Of a stretch of 64,000 nt of DNA, positions 45,233 to 55,547 are shown piece by piece. The number at the start of each line of letters is the position of its first letter. Within the stretch, counting starts at the first letter, position 1. This stretch comes from a virus. The position numbers and the translations under genes were made by a program. The stretch covers positions 39,930 through 103,929 of the IMG/VR virus record IMGVR_UViG_3300043410_001007. One strand, written 5' to 3'. Under the pieces are notes generated by a model that worked only from the letters and a program-made list of their open reading frames with translations, was not told where the DNA came from and ran no database searches.

Positions 45233-48200
45233 TGACAGCACCGATTTGGGTAACTCCACCTGGACCTATTCTCAAGCAAGTTGCTACTGCTAACGGCAAC
45301 GGCGCATCAGGTTCACATACGCTATACATTGACAACTCTACAGCTATTCGTAATGGTCAAGTGATTCAAGGCGGACACATCAACACTAACACATTGGTGT
45401 CTAATGTGTATATGGCAAACTTGGAGTTATCGATAACTGCTATTAACGGCAACGGTAACGTGATCAGTGTAAAGCACAATGGAGCATTCCCGCCATTCGA
45501 GGAAGGTCAATCAGTTGTAGTAAATGACGGTATAACATTTTCTAATGCTAACGTGACAATATCACGAGTATACTACGGTGAATACAATGTATTAACATCT
45601 ACTAATCTAAAAACTACGTTAGATGGCACAATACAAGATCCAACCAGCACTAATACTAATGACCCACTGAGAGAAAGTCGAGTAGGCGCAAAAATAGGAG
45701 GATATCGTAAAGCAGTCACACTAGATAAAGCACTAACCGGCAGAGCGTATGGTGAATATTCATTCAGTGAAAACATCTTTTTAGAAGATGATGTTATCAA
45801 CTGTGAGTTTATTACCACATCAACTGTCGATGGTACATCTACTGGTAGTGGTATGGCTTATCTTGTTACTGGAGCCAACACATGGGTCAATGACCTAGTA
45901 GTTGGTGAACACTACACCATCACTGATTTAGGCACTACTAACTGGAATACAATAGCAGGTACTAGTAATGTAACATACTCTGTCGGCGATACTATTACGA
46001 AAATACAAGATACTGGTCGAGCAGTATTGCCAACAACAATTTCAAACGCAAACTCATTCTCATCACTGAACTATTATCGTATCGAAACGCTAGGTAATAC
46101 CAACTGGAACATGGTTGCCAACACAACCGGCGTTACATACTCGATCGGTGACGCTGTGCTGTCAGTGAACAGATTTGATGGTACAGGCACACAAATGACA
46201 CTAGCTAGTACAGATACTGTTGCTACTGCTCTGCTGCCTGCCAGTGATTATCAGATAACTTCTCTAGGCAATACTAACTGGAATGCTATTACAGGAACTA
46301 GCAATACAGTTTATTCAGTGAATGATATAATAAAAACAATTTCTAATGCTACAGCCCTAACAACTGCGGCTGGAAGTAGTAACGGTACTGCTAAGTTATT
46401 CACAGTTGGTTCATCACAAGTAGTAAATGATTGGGCGCCTGATACCTGGTATCAGATAACGTCCCTTGGATCAATGACACAAACTCAGTGGAACAGAATT
46501 GCTGGCACTAATAATAGAGCATATCAACAAAGTAAGTTTATTAAAACATCACAAGCTCTCGTGGCCACTAGTGGTGTTGGATATGTTGCCACCAAAGCAT
46601 CAACCACCACGCAAGTAAAAAATCTTATAGCTAATGAGTGGTACGTGATTGAGACTCTTGGTAATGTTGACTGGGCGTCTATCGCAGGTACTACCGGAAT
46701 TACTTATCGAGTTGGCTCATTATTAAAAGTAGTAACAGAAATTACATCAACCTCAGCAAAAGGCTTAGCCCGCAAACTAACATCGACGACAACGACAACA
46801 TACGCAACATCATTCGAAAAGGGAACTATCTATAAAATTGTTAGCTTAGGTTCGATGACATACACACAAGAATGGTGGAACTATCTAGCCGGCACGATAA
46901 ACAGAACTTATGCTGTTGGTGACTACATACTAGTTAAAAATTATACTGCTAATAATGTTGGCACAGGAACAGGCACACGTGTACCAGGAACAGGAGAAAT
47001 GGTAGTTGGTGGCGAGTATCATATCTTAGCTCTGGGAACAGAGAACTGGAATTCGATTTGTGGCACTAGTGGAAAAACCTACGCTGTAGGCCAAAATGTT
47101 ACGGTAAAGAATCCTGGTAGCACACATGATGGTGCGGCATTTCGATACTACAAATCTGATGAAATTATCTCTGCTTATGGCGGCGGCACTCACACGTACA
47201 AAATAGTAACGCTGGGTGATACTAACTGGAATTCAGTTGCTGGAACTACTAACGTTACATATCATGTTGGTGATAGTATTCAGGCAACTTACAGAACAGG
47301 CTGGGCAACAGAATCATTAAGTGTGATGCCTGTTGATAAGTTAGAAATAAATAAACAATATGTAATTTATTCGCTTGGTAATACCGACTGGAATACTGTT
47401 GCTGAAACAGTAGATGTTGTGTATTCTGTAGGCGACATCATCACTATAAAATGTCTAGACTATAGTACTACCGGTACTATGATAGCAGTTATTGACAGTA
47501 AAGACTTAGAGGTCGGCAATACATACACGATAGCACGATTGGGCAGTACTAACTGGAACTATCTAACCGACACTACTTCTAAAATCTACAAAGTAGGCGA
47601 TACTATCACTGTTCTACAACACGAAAAAGTAGTCCCTGTAATATACTCGCTACTCAACGGTCACTTCCCTCGTGGCAACTTAGTACTGAATAGCATAAAC
47701 AATCGTGCGTATCTAACAGGAACTCTTGGTAAAGTTAGCGCTCAGACCACAAGTGTCTTCACCATACGTGCTACAACAGTTACTAACGGCATCACATATT
47801 ACAGTGATAGAACATTCTCAATACAAGTACGCGGCAAGAACACACCTACATTTACTACACCACAAGGTATGTTGGGTAATGAATACAAACGTGACCGACT
47901 AAACGCAAATATTGCCGCTCCTAAAATCAGCAGTGTAACAGTTGCTAGCAATGCGGTCACCCTATCAATCGCACCATACAACTTAGAGTCATTCGGTATT
48001 ACTGCTAACACTATGGTATTTGTATCAGGACTTACATCATTCCCATATGTAGATAACACTACTTGGTATGTTAATAACATAGATATGTCGAACTCAAAAG
48101 TAACCCTGTACAACGACAGTGGTGCTAATGACATATATGTTGCCCCAATCAGCAATGCTACATACACACCTAGTGGCACTATGTCTGTTATTCCATACGA

Positions 48201-50316
48201 CAGTGAATATTTCAGCGCCAACATTCAGACTACACTACCGATTGATGCTACAACAGTCACTTATGAAATCATTAGCGGTAACTTACCACTCGGTCTAGAG
48301 ATGTCGCCAACAGGTCATATCAGTGGCTATCCGCAACCACCACTTGACTACTATGACCAACCAACTCTAGAAGTAAACAGATTTACAATTCGTGCTACTA
48401 CGGAAACAGGCAATGCCACAGCAAACTTCGTAATCCCTGTATGTAATCAGGAATACTTGTGGAACAAAACTAATCCTGGTGATCTATTCCCAGGCAGAAT
48501 ACCAGTTATTCTCAACGGCGCGCCTAAATCACAAATAAAAAATACAGCAGACCCTTACTACTCATTCTATCGTAGTGGTCAACAGATTGGTGAGTTCGAA
48601 GAAAAAGTCAATCTACAATACAAACTAGTAGGTTATGACTGGAACAAAGCAGACGACCAGTACAATGATAGTAAGTTGATTTACAACGTGTATGGTTTAG
48701 AAGAGGGCGCGGCAGCAACAGCGCCATTCAGTAGTCTAACTAGTCCATCACAGGATATTGCTACTGGTGGTTGGATTACCGGCACTACCAGTGACCTAAA
48801 ATCTGCCAACATCGATATCAAACGCTTCTATTTCGATACTAGTTTATCTGTAGCTAGCGTAGATGACGAACTAATCATTCATGGCGAAAGAGAAACACTA
48901 AACTTTGTTATCAGTAGTACAATCTCACCAACTATCACATGGAACACTGACAGTAATCTAGGTTCTATCAATACAGGTGAAGTTAGTAGACTATCAATCA
49001 GCGCTACATTTGATAGTGATATTACTGATGAGCAATACAGAATTGTGGGTGGTAAATTACCACCAACTCTACAACTACTAAAGAACGGTGACATCATCGG
49101 TCGTGTAGTATTCGAACCAACGTCAGAAGCGCAAAGTGAAGGTGACACTAATGACTATGAATTTACAGTCGAAGCATACTCACCTAAGTACTTAGAGTAT
49201 GGCGTTACTAGTGAAAAGACATTCACACTAACAACAGTAGTTACTACCAGTCAGCCGTATGACACTATCTATGTTCGTGCGCTACTACCACGTGAGCAAC
49301 GCTACACTATCCAAGAACTACTCAATGATATCAAAGTAAAGCAGAGTGCGAACGTGTATCGTGCTAGTGACACTAACTTCGGTATCGCACCAGAGATTAG
49401 ATACATTCACGCTTACGGCGCTACTAGTCAAAACGCCAATGACTTCTACACAAAGTACGCTAATGTAATAAAGAAAAATCACTACTTTAAACAACTCATC
49501 TTAGGTGATCTACAGGTAGCAGTAGCACGTGATAATACTGGCAACATTATCTATGAAGTTGTTTACTCACCCATCATCGACAAACTATCTAATACCAGTG
49601 GTGTTAGTGTTAGTAAAGCAGTCACTTGGCCATACCCAATCGTAGTTGATGATGTTACTCTATCGAGAACGGTGTATCCTAACTCACTAGCAAATATGCG
49701 CAGTCAGTTGGAAGCATCATTCGGGCAAGTCAACACGCAGTCAATACTACCACTATGGATGACCAGTCAACAACGCAACGGTAGTGATACTGGTTATGTG
49801 CCGGCATGGGTTCTATGTTACACCTTACCTGATCGTGGCGCAATAGTCCGCGCATCTATTGAAACATTCCTATCAGAAAGAGGTATGACACTCAATCAGT
49901 TTAACTTCTCTATGGACCGCTTCGAAGTGGACAGAACAATGAGTTACACATGGGGCACTACCGCCGATGATAGTTGGCCACAAATCTCTGCTAAACTCGT
50001 CAAAAATGATACTAACATTATCGTAGATAGCACTAGTGGGTTAGAGATGAACCAACCCATCAAATTCCGTGACGGCGCCAACACTGCTAATATCACTACT
50101 GATGTAGAGTACTTTATCAGTGAGATAAACCCACGCTACAATGGTCAACAATCAATCAAAATACGTCCGTATCTGTATGGCAATAGCACTTCTATTATCA
50201 AGGCCGATGCTAACAGTAATATGACAATGGTACTAACGCCACTGTCCCCAGGCGGCGGCGATAACACAGTTGACAGTTACGTAGTATTCGACCAAGAAAC
50301 GATACTTAGAAAATAA
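45232..50316 (+). CDS. Large baseplate/virion protein with Ig-like domains and an internal repeat array
   Basis: PIWVTPPG start; He_PIG-like units (ISGNLPLGLEMSPTGHISG, GGKLPPTLQLLKNGDIIG). Confidence 0.7.
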   Translation: MTAPIWVTPPGPILKQVATANGNGASGSHTLYIDNSTAIRNGQVIQGGHINTNTLVSNVYMANLELSITAINGNGNVISVKHNGAFPPFEEGQSVVVNDGITFSNANVTISRVYYGEYNVLTSTNLKTTLDGTIQDPTSTNTNDPLRESRVGAKIGGYRKAVTLDKALTGRAYGEYSFSENIFLEDDVINCEFITTSTVDGTSTGSGMAYLVTGANTWVNDLVVGEHYTITDLGTTNWNTIAGTSNVTYSVGDTITKIQDTGRAVLPTTISNANSFSSLNYYRIETLGNTNWNMVANTTGVTYSIGDAVLSVNRFDGTGTQMTLASTDTVATALLPASDYQITSLGNTNWNAITGTSNTVYSVNDIIKTISNATALTTAAGSSNGTAKLFTVGSSQVVNDWAPDTWYQITSLGSMTQTQWNRIAGTNNRAYQQSKFIKTSQALVATSGVGYVATKASTTTQVKNLIANEWYVIETLGNVDWASIAGTTGITYRVGSLLKVVTEITSTSAKGLARKLTSTTTTTYATSFEKGTIYKIVSLGSMTYTQEWWNYLAGTINRTYAVGDYILVKNYTANNVGTGTGTRVPGTGEMVVGGEYHILALGTENWNSICGTSGKTYAVGQNVTVKNPGSTHDGAAFRYYKSDEIISAYGGGTHTYKIVTLGDTNWNSVAGTTNVTYHVGDSIQATYRTGWATESLSVMPVDKLEINKQYVIYSLGNTDWNTVAETVDVVYSVGDIITIKCLDYSTTGTMIAVIDSKDLEVGNTYTIARLGSTNWNYLTDTTSKIYKVGDTITVLQHEKVVPVIYSLLNGHFPRGNLVLNSINNRAYLTGTLGKVSAQTTSVFTIRATTVTNGITYYSDRTFSIQVRGKNTPTFTTPQGMLGNEYKRDRLNANIAAPKISSVTVASNAVTLSIAPYNLESFGITANTMVFVSGLTSFPYVDNTTWYVNNIDMSNSKVTLYNDSGANDIYVAPISNATYTPSGTMSVIPYDSEYFSANIQTTLPIDATTVTYEIISGNLPLGLEMSPTGHISGYPQPPLDYYDQPTLEVNRFTIRATTETGNATANFVIPVCNQEYLWNKTNPGDLFPGRIPVILNGAPKSQIKNTADPYYSFYRSGQQIGEFEEKVNLQYKLVGYDWNKADDQYNDSKLIYNVYGLEEGAAATAPFSSLTSPSQDIATGGWITGTTSDLKSANIDIKRFYFDTSLSVASVDDELIIHGERETLNFVISSTISPTITWNTDSNLGSINTGEVSRLSISATFDSDITDEQYRIVGGKLPPTLQLLKNGDIIGRVVFEPTSEAQSEGDTNDYEFTVEAYSPKYLEYGVTSEKTFTLTTVVTTSQPYDTIYVRALLPREQRYTIQELLNDIKVKQSANVYRASDTNFGIAPEIRYIHAYGATSQNANDFYTKYANVIKKNHYFKQLILGDLQVAVARDNTGNIIYEVVYSPIIDKLSNTSGVSVSKAVTWPYPIVVDDVTLSRTVYPNSLANMRSQLEASFGQVNTQSILPLWMTSQQRNGSDTGYVPAWVLCYTLPDRGAIVRASIETFLSERGMTLNQFNFSMDRFEVDRTMSYTWGTTADDSWPQISAKLVKNDTNIIVDSTSGLEMNQPIKFRDGANTANITTDVEYFISEINPRYNGQQSIKIRPYLYGNSTSIIKADANSNMTMVLTPLSPGGGDNTVDSYVVFDQETILRK
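45907..47612 (+). repeat. Ten diverged protein repeats YxIxxLGxTNWNxxAGTxxxxYxVGD
   Basis: Ten copies counted in the translation, spaced about 45-65 aa apart. Confidence 0.9.
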
Positions 50317-50348
50317 CTGCTACTAAATACTAGAATAAGGAAACATAA

Positions 50349-51104
50349 ATGTCATCAATCAACACAGGCGCAATCAACGTGAACTACCCTAGCGCAGGAG
50401 TAAACAACTCCTCACAGGGTTTCCGTGATAACTTTAGCGCAATCAAGACTTCACTAGATACTACCAAAACAGAACTAGAGGATCTACAGAGTAACGCACT
50501 AGTAAAGAAAGCGTTGAGTGGCACTACCATGGACAACAACATGGCAGGCGGATTGATTAGTAACGTTCTTACTCTAGGATTTAGAAAAACAGTCTATTCA
50601 TTGGGCAATAACTTAAAGGGTTCTGTGACTGTAGATTGTACTAAGGGTGATGTACAAACTGGTACAGTAACTGACGATATTAGTTTAGACTTCTCTAAGT
50701 GGGCACCAAGTGATACCATGGGAACTGTTGAGGTAATTCTGACTGTTGTTGCTGGACAGACAATCACTTTACCGGAATCAGTGGAAAATGGACTATTATC
50801 TATTGAGGGTTATACATACGGAAGTCTAACAAAGACGATAACTGTGCCTAACGGAGTAACAAGAATACATTGGATGTTTACGACACTAGACTGCGGTACT
50901 ACAATCGAAATCTCTCAAATTGATGGACCAAGAATAGCTAGTCAGATTAAGATCGGCTCACCATCATCTAGTATTGGTAGTGAGGGTGATAAAGCAGGTA
51001 GAATAATGATAACCAATACTCATCTTTATGTATGTGTGGCAGATTACACAGACGGTACGACAAATATCTGGTCTAAGACCCCTCTAGGCACAACTGCTTG
51101 GTAA
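50349..51104 (+). CDS. Virion structural protein
   Basis: NNSSQGFRDNF N-terminal motif; C-terminal GDKAG...HLYVCVADY...NIW module; late promoter at 50323. Confidence 0.65.
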   Translation: MSSINTGAINVNYPSAGVNNSSQGFRDNFSAIKTSLDTTKTELEDLQSNALVKKALSGTTMDNNMAGGLISNVLTLGFRKTVYSLGNNLKGSVTVDCTKGDVQTGTVTDDISLDFSKWAPSDTMGTVEVILTVVAGQTITLPESVENGLLSIEGYTYGSLTKTITVPNGVTRIHWMFTTLDCGTTIEISQIDGPRIASQIKIGSPSSSIGSEGDKAGRIMITNTHLYVCVADYTDGTTNIWSKTPLGTTAW

Positions 51105-51125
51105 TAAAATAATAACTGGAATACT

Positions 51126-52415
51126 ATGGCAAACGCTAATTACACCTACGACTCATTCACATCTACAATGGCGACAGATATTGCTAATCTGTTACAAGAC
51201 ACGTACTCTAGTAACATAAAAAGTATTGCAGATATCTCCACAACTGGAAACATGGCCGCTGCTAATTTGACAATTACAGCTGGTGGCAACATCAACAACG
51301 TTAATAAACTGAGTGTTAACTATATTACAGTCAAAAATAATACTCAAATTAAGGGCGATTTGGTAGTAAATGGCACAGTTACTGCCACGAATTTAACAGC
51401 AACTACAGTATCATCTAGTGCTCAACCCAACATCACTAGTGTTGGAAATCTTACATCGTTAAACGTGACTGCTAGTATTCATGCGGCGAGTCTGTACACT
51501 TCTGGAAACATTGAGGGTAATTTAACAGCTAATAGTCATGCTCAGCCTAATATTACTAGTGTTGGTAACTTAACTGGATTAACAGTAGCAGGTAACGCCA
51601 CTATCGCAAATACATTGACAGCAAATTTAGCAAACATCGATACATTAACAGTCACTAACTTAAACGTATCAAATTATCATTATGCCAACATAGTGAGTCA
51701 AACTCTTTCGTTGGCAAACAAAACAATTATTCTTAGTAATGATATCAATGCTAACTTAGACACTGCTAATGGCGCTGGCATCAGTGTTGCTGGAGCAAAT
51801 GCTAATTTAAAATTCAACTACAATAATTTTATTCCAGCACAAACATGGGAATTTAATAGACCTGTTGTGGCGAACAGTTTTACCGGCGATGGTTCTGGTA
51901 TTACAGGCATACTAGCAGATAACATTGTTGGTCCAGTAGCGGATGCCACTCATGCCGACATCGCGGATACCGCCAACTCGGCTACGATAGCTGATAGTGC
52001 TAACTCAGTTGCCGCCGCCAACATAACTGGTACTGTGAACCTTGCTACGTTCGCTGACACCGCAAATGCGGTGGCTGGAGCAAATGTATCCGGTATTGTT
52101 GCTAATGCGAATTATGCGGGATATGCTAATATTGCTTATTCAGTAAATGCTGCCAATGTGAATGGCACTGTCAGTAATGCACAGTTCGCCGCATCATCGG
52201 CTCAAGCAAATAGAGCAAACACTGCGACTTCCGCTAACATAGCTAATAAAGCTAACGCTATAGAACTAACAACGTCTAGTCCACCATCTAATACTACAGG
52301 ATTCGCAGGTCAAATGGTTTTTAATGATAATACAAATATGTTATACATTTGCGTTAATGGAATTGATTCTGGGCCAGCTCTATGGAAATACATCGAATTA
52401 AAGGATGTGACATGA
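51126..52415 (+). CDS. Fibre-like virion protein
   Basis: QPNITSVGNLT repeats, Ala/Asn-rich adhesin-like stretch, C-terminal GQMVF...LYICV...W module. Confidence 0.7.
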   Translation: MANANYTYDSFTSTMATDIANLLQDTYSSNIKSIADISTTGNMAAANLTITAGGNINNVNKLSVNYITVKNNTQIKGDLVVNGTVTATNLTATTVSSSAQPNITSVGNLTSLNVTASIHAASLYTSGNIEGNLTANSHAQPNITSVGNLTGLTVAGNATIANTLTANLANIDTLTVTNLNVSNYHYANIVSQTLSLANKTIILSNDINANLDTANGAGISVAGANANLKFNYNNFIPAQTWEFNRPVVANSFTGDGSGITGILADNIVGPVADATHADIADTANSATIADSANSVAAANITGTVNLATFADTANAVAGANVSGIVANANYAGYANIAYSVNAANVNGTVSNAQFAASSAQANRANTATSANIANKANAIELTTSSPPSNTTGFAGQMVFNDNTNMLYICVNGIDSGPALWKYIELKDVT

Positions 52416-52645
52416 TCGACCATCCATTCGTAGGTGATTTATCTCACCTCACACTAGAAGAACTAACTGAAAAAGTAAGTAGTCTCACTAAGAAGATGTC
52501 ATGGGCTTCCAGTGTTGGCAATCACTCGATGGCCCAACAAATTCAAATGGTATTAGGATCCTACCGCCGCGAAATCTCTAAAAAACAAGCAGAGATGTTC
52601 GACGATACCTCCAGTACAATCAAGGGCAAAATCGATATCAACTAA
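52412..52645 (+). CDS. Hypothetical protein
   Basis: ATGA-coupled start at 52412 with AAGGA SD. Confidence 0.6.
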   Translation: MIDHPFVGDLSHLTLEELTEKVSSLTKKMSWASSVGNHSMAQQIQMVLGSYRREISKKQAEMFDDTSSTIKGKIDIN

Positions 52646-52656
52646 TCCAAAAGAGG

Positions 52657-52685
52657 TTGACTGTCACCTCCGCATAGTGTACAAT
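52657..52685 (+). promoter_or_regulatory. Sigma70 promoter
   Basis: TTGACT-N17-TACAAT, 6 nt before ATG 52692. Confidence 0.7.
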
Positions 52686-52691
52686 CGACCC

Positions 52692-53201
52692 ATGATACAG
52701 GATAAATTCGGCCAACAAGCATACACCGTAGATGAACTATGTGCGATGCTTATGGTCGATCCCATGAAACAACTAGATGGTGCTCTAGCCACTACCTCTA
52801 TCCAGTATCACTACGACCTTGAGATTGAGAACCCACCCAACATCCAGGAGTATGTCCAGCCACCACTCTCCTTAGAAGAGTTCGATCACCAACTCCAACA
52901 AAACTGGCACATGCCTCCGGAGTACCGTGACCTAGACATAGTACAATACTTACTAGATAAATGTGACGGTGATGACGCTAAACTACAGCGAGTGGGCGAA
53001 GAACTCCTGCTCTATGTCGAACGAGACCTCCTACCACTGCTCCAATATTTACATTATCTAGTGACTACTATGCGACTAAATAACATTGTATGGGGCGTAG
53101 GCCGTGGCAGTTCAGTCGCTAGTTACGTCTTGTACCTACTTGGTGTTCACAGAATCGATTCGATGTATTACGATCTGGACGTCAAGGACTTCTTACGATA
53201 A
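52692..53201 (+). CDS. dnaE: DNA polymerase III alpha (DnaE) partial subunit
   Basis: RVGEEL...WGVGRGSSVASYVLYLLGVHRID...LDVKDFLR matches the DnaE GRGS region; only 169 aa. Confidence 0.8.
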   Translation: MIQDKFGQQAYTVDELCAMLMVDPMKQLDGALATTSIQYHYDLEIENPPNIQEYVQPPLSLEEFDHQLQQNWHMPPEYRDLDIVQYLLDKCDGDDAKLQRVGEELLLYVERDLLPLLQYLHYLVTTMRLNNIVWGVGRGSSVASYVLYLLGVHRIDSMYYDLDVKDFLR

Positions 53202-53210
53202 GGATAACAG

Positions 53211-53549
53211 ATGTCTAACTACAAAACAGCAATGGGCAAAACAGTCAACATGGAGCAACTACGTGCTAAAAATCAAGGCACACGAGCAGTAGGCAACATG
53301 AACGTAGATGCCGCCGGCAATACCCTGGACTCACACAATCGAGTAATCAGTGATTCCTCACGCCGTGTAAATGAGGTGTACAATCGTTCAAGACAGAATC
53401 CAGGCGCAATCCCACGTCAGGTAAGTGCTAACCGCCCACAACAACGAGCATCTCAACCAGCAGTGCGTGAATTGGATCTAAGTTCCAATGAACTCCAGCA
53501 GATGAATGACTGGGATGCGGAAGAGCCAGTGGGCAAATCAGTCCGCTAA
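53211..53549 (+). CDS. Hypothetical protein
   Basis: AAGGA SD; YKTAMGKTVNM...RAVGNMNV motif. Confidence 0.6.
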   Translation: MSNYKTAMGKTVNMEQLRAKNQGTRAVGNMNVDAAGNTLDSHNRVISDSSRRVNEVYNRSRQNPGAIPRQVSANRPQQRASQPAVRELDLSSNELQQMNDWDAEEPVGKSVR

Positions 53550-53559
53550 TAGTTCCAAA

Positions 53560-53597
53560 AGCTATTGTATTCTTCAACATGAAGTGATACAATAGCT
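53560..53597 (+). promoter_or_regulatory. Sigma70 promoter inside an inverted repeat
   Basis: TTGTAT-N17-TACAAT; AGCTATTGTAT...ATACAATAGCT arms. Confidence 0.7.
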
Positions 53598-53599
53598 AC

Positions 53600-53968
53600 A
53601 TGACTAAATTAGCATTCGAACCACACAAGATAAACAAGGCTCAACTCAAGCCGCTTCGTGACCATGTAATCGTCACTGAAATGAGTTTCAAAGAGCGCAT
53701 TGTAGGCAACATCATTCTGCCTAACGATGACGGCAAATCATCCGGCATTCGCCCACGTTGGGCACAAGTATACGCAGTCGGTCCAGAACAAACAACAATC
53801 AAACCAGGTGACTATGTTCTAGTAGAGCATGGTCGATGGACCCGTGCTATCAATGTAGAAGATGAAACAGGTACTCATGCGCTTCGTCGTGTAGACCCCA
53901 ACGGTCTAATGATGGTCAGTGATTATCTACCCCAAGATGAAACTCTAAGCGATAAGGTATCGGGCTAA
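53600..53968 (+). CDS. groES: GroES-like co-chaperonin
   Basis: LKPLRDHVIV...IILP...VYAVGP...IKPGDYVL. Confidence 0.85.
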   Translation: MTKLAFEPHKINKAQLKPLRDHVIVTEMSFKERIVGNIILPNDDGKSSGIRPRWAQVYAVGPEQTTIKPGDYVLVEHGRWTRAINVEDETGTHALRRVDPNGLMMVSDYLPQDETLSDKVSG

Positions 53969-54087
53969 TGTACATCACAAACAAATACGGCTCAATCAAA
54001 CTTCCATATGATGGCGAGTTGCTAGTATGGTTACAACAACATTATCCATATTCACAATACAAGGCAGTTACTAATGAAATGGCTTGA
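53968..54087 (+). CDS. 39-aa hypothetical protein (not in ORF track)
   Basis: TAATG-coupled MYITNKYGSIKLPYDGELLVWLQQHYPYSQYKAVTNEMA fills the gap. Confidence 0.55.
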   Translation: MYITNKYGSIKLPYDGELLVWLQQHYPYSQYKAVTNEMA

Positions 54088-54418
54088 TAATCTAATACTC
54101 AAACGTGCTGGCTACTTAATCAACAATCAACCAGCAGGACAAGAATCGGATAGACCTCTTCCATACATACCGAAAGCGCTAAAAAATATGAACTCAATAG
54201 GATCAGTAAAAACATCAAGGCAACAAGCAGACCTTAATAGAGAAAACAAGTCATTGAACTTTACTCTACACCCAGCAGAGGGCGGCTACATCTTAGAATT
54301 GTCTCACTACGACCCTAATCATGACCGCTACAGTCAACGCTTACATATTATCAATGACACTGATGATATGGGAGATTCAATAGGAAAAATTGTTACATTG
54401 GAGTTACTACGCAGATGA
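54074..54418 (+). CDS. Hypothetical protein
   Basis: Coupled to the clamp loader gene. Confidence 0.6.
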   Translation: MKWLDNLILKRAGYLINNQPAGQESDRPLPYIPKALKNMNSIGSVKTSRQQADLNRENKSLNFTLHPAEGGYILELSHYDPNHDRYSQRLHIINDTDDMGDSIGKIVTLELLRR

Positions 54419-55344
54419 GTTTCAAAAACAAATTGTGGGTCGAAAAATATCGCCCATCAAAAGCATCGGACTATGTATTCGTTGACAGCAGACAACAAAA
54501 GCAAGTAGAAGGCTGGATTACCGAAGGTAGTTGCCCACACGTACTCTTCGCGGGTGAGCCAGGTACCGGCAAAACAACACTAGCAAAAGTTCTAATCAAT
54601 GAACTGGGCATTGAAGAGTACGATGTACTTGAAATCAACGCATCACGTGATAACGGCGTAGATTTTATCCGTGAACGCATTGAAGCATTCGTTATGACTA
54701 TGCCATTCGGTAAGTTCAAAGTCGTACTCTTAGACGAAGCTGACTACTTATCGCAACCAGCACAAGCGGTACTACGTGGCCTAATCGAACAGTATGCGAA
54801 CGTTGCTCGTTTCATGCTGACCTGTAACTACGCACACAAGATTATCCCTGCGCTAAAGTCACGTTGCGAAACATTCGTAATCTCTAAGCCAGAACGTGTA
54901 GACTTTACAGCACGTGCGGCAACAGTACTCGTAACAGAGAATATCGAATTCGACTTAGACACGCTCGATAGTTATGTTGGCGCTACTTACCCCGATTTAC
55001 GCAAGTGCCTTAACCAACTACAAAACAATTCGTCAACTGGTACACTACTTCAGGTACAAGCAGGTATCAGTGACGAAGACTCTACGCTTGTAGAAGCAAC
55101 AGGGCTTTTCAAATCGGGCAAAATCTTAGACGGCCGTAAGATTCTATTACAATACTTGAGTATGAATCCAGGTCAGCTAGAAGAAATCTATCGTTGGATG
55201 TACAACAACTTAGACTTGTGGGGTAAAACACAAGAACAAAAAGACCAGGCTATCATTACTATTCGTAATGGCTTAGCAAACTTACCATTGGTTGGTATCC
55301 CAGAAATCAGTCTGGCTGCTACACTAATCGAATTGACTCAATAA
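54415..55344 (+). CDS. Sliding-clamp loader AAA+ subunit (RFC/T4 gp44-like)
   Basis: LWVEKYRP, GEPGTGKT, LEINAS, LLDEAD, LKSRC. Confidence 0.93.
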   Translation: MSFKNKLWVEKYRPSKASDYVFVDSRQQKQVEGWITEGSCPHVLFAGEPGTGKTTLAKVLINELGIEEYDVLEINASRDNGVDFIRERIEAFVMTMPFGKFKVVLLDEADYLSQPAQAVLRGLIEQYANVARFMLTCNYAHKIIPALKSRCETFVISKPERVDFTARAATVLVTENIEFDLDTLDSYVGATYPDLRKCLNQLQNNSSTGTLLQVQAGISDEDSTLVEATGLFKSGKILDGRKILLQYLSMNPGQLEEIYRWMYNNLDLWGKTQEQKDQAIITIRNGLANLPLVGIPEISLAATLIELTQ

Positions 55345-55354
55345 AGGAAACAAA

Positions 55355-55546
55355 ATGTCACAGCAACTAATCGAAGCGGAATTCGCCGCATACACCGTAG
55401 AGAACGCAAAGTTCAACGCAGGCAATGCCGCCGCTGGCACTCGTGCTCGTAAGCACCTGGGTGAACTAGCAAAAGCAATCAAGGCTCGTCGTGCTGAAAT
55501 TACAGCAGAGAAGGCCGCCAGAGCAGAAGCCAAGAAAGCTGCTTAA
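55355..55546 (+). CDS. Histone H1-like Hc1-family small basic protein
   Basis: KFNAGNAAAGTRARKHLGELAKAIKARRAEI. Confidence 0.7.
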   Translation: MSQQLIEAEFAAYTVENAKFNAGNAAAGTRARKHLGELAKAIKARRAEITAEKAARAEAKKAA

Positions 55547-55547
55547 A

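Noticed and set aside
52692-53549. Intron, intein or frameshift joining dnaE to the next ORF
   Set aside because: The next ORF has its own SD and no polymerase motifs, and no splicing signatures were seen.
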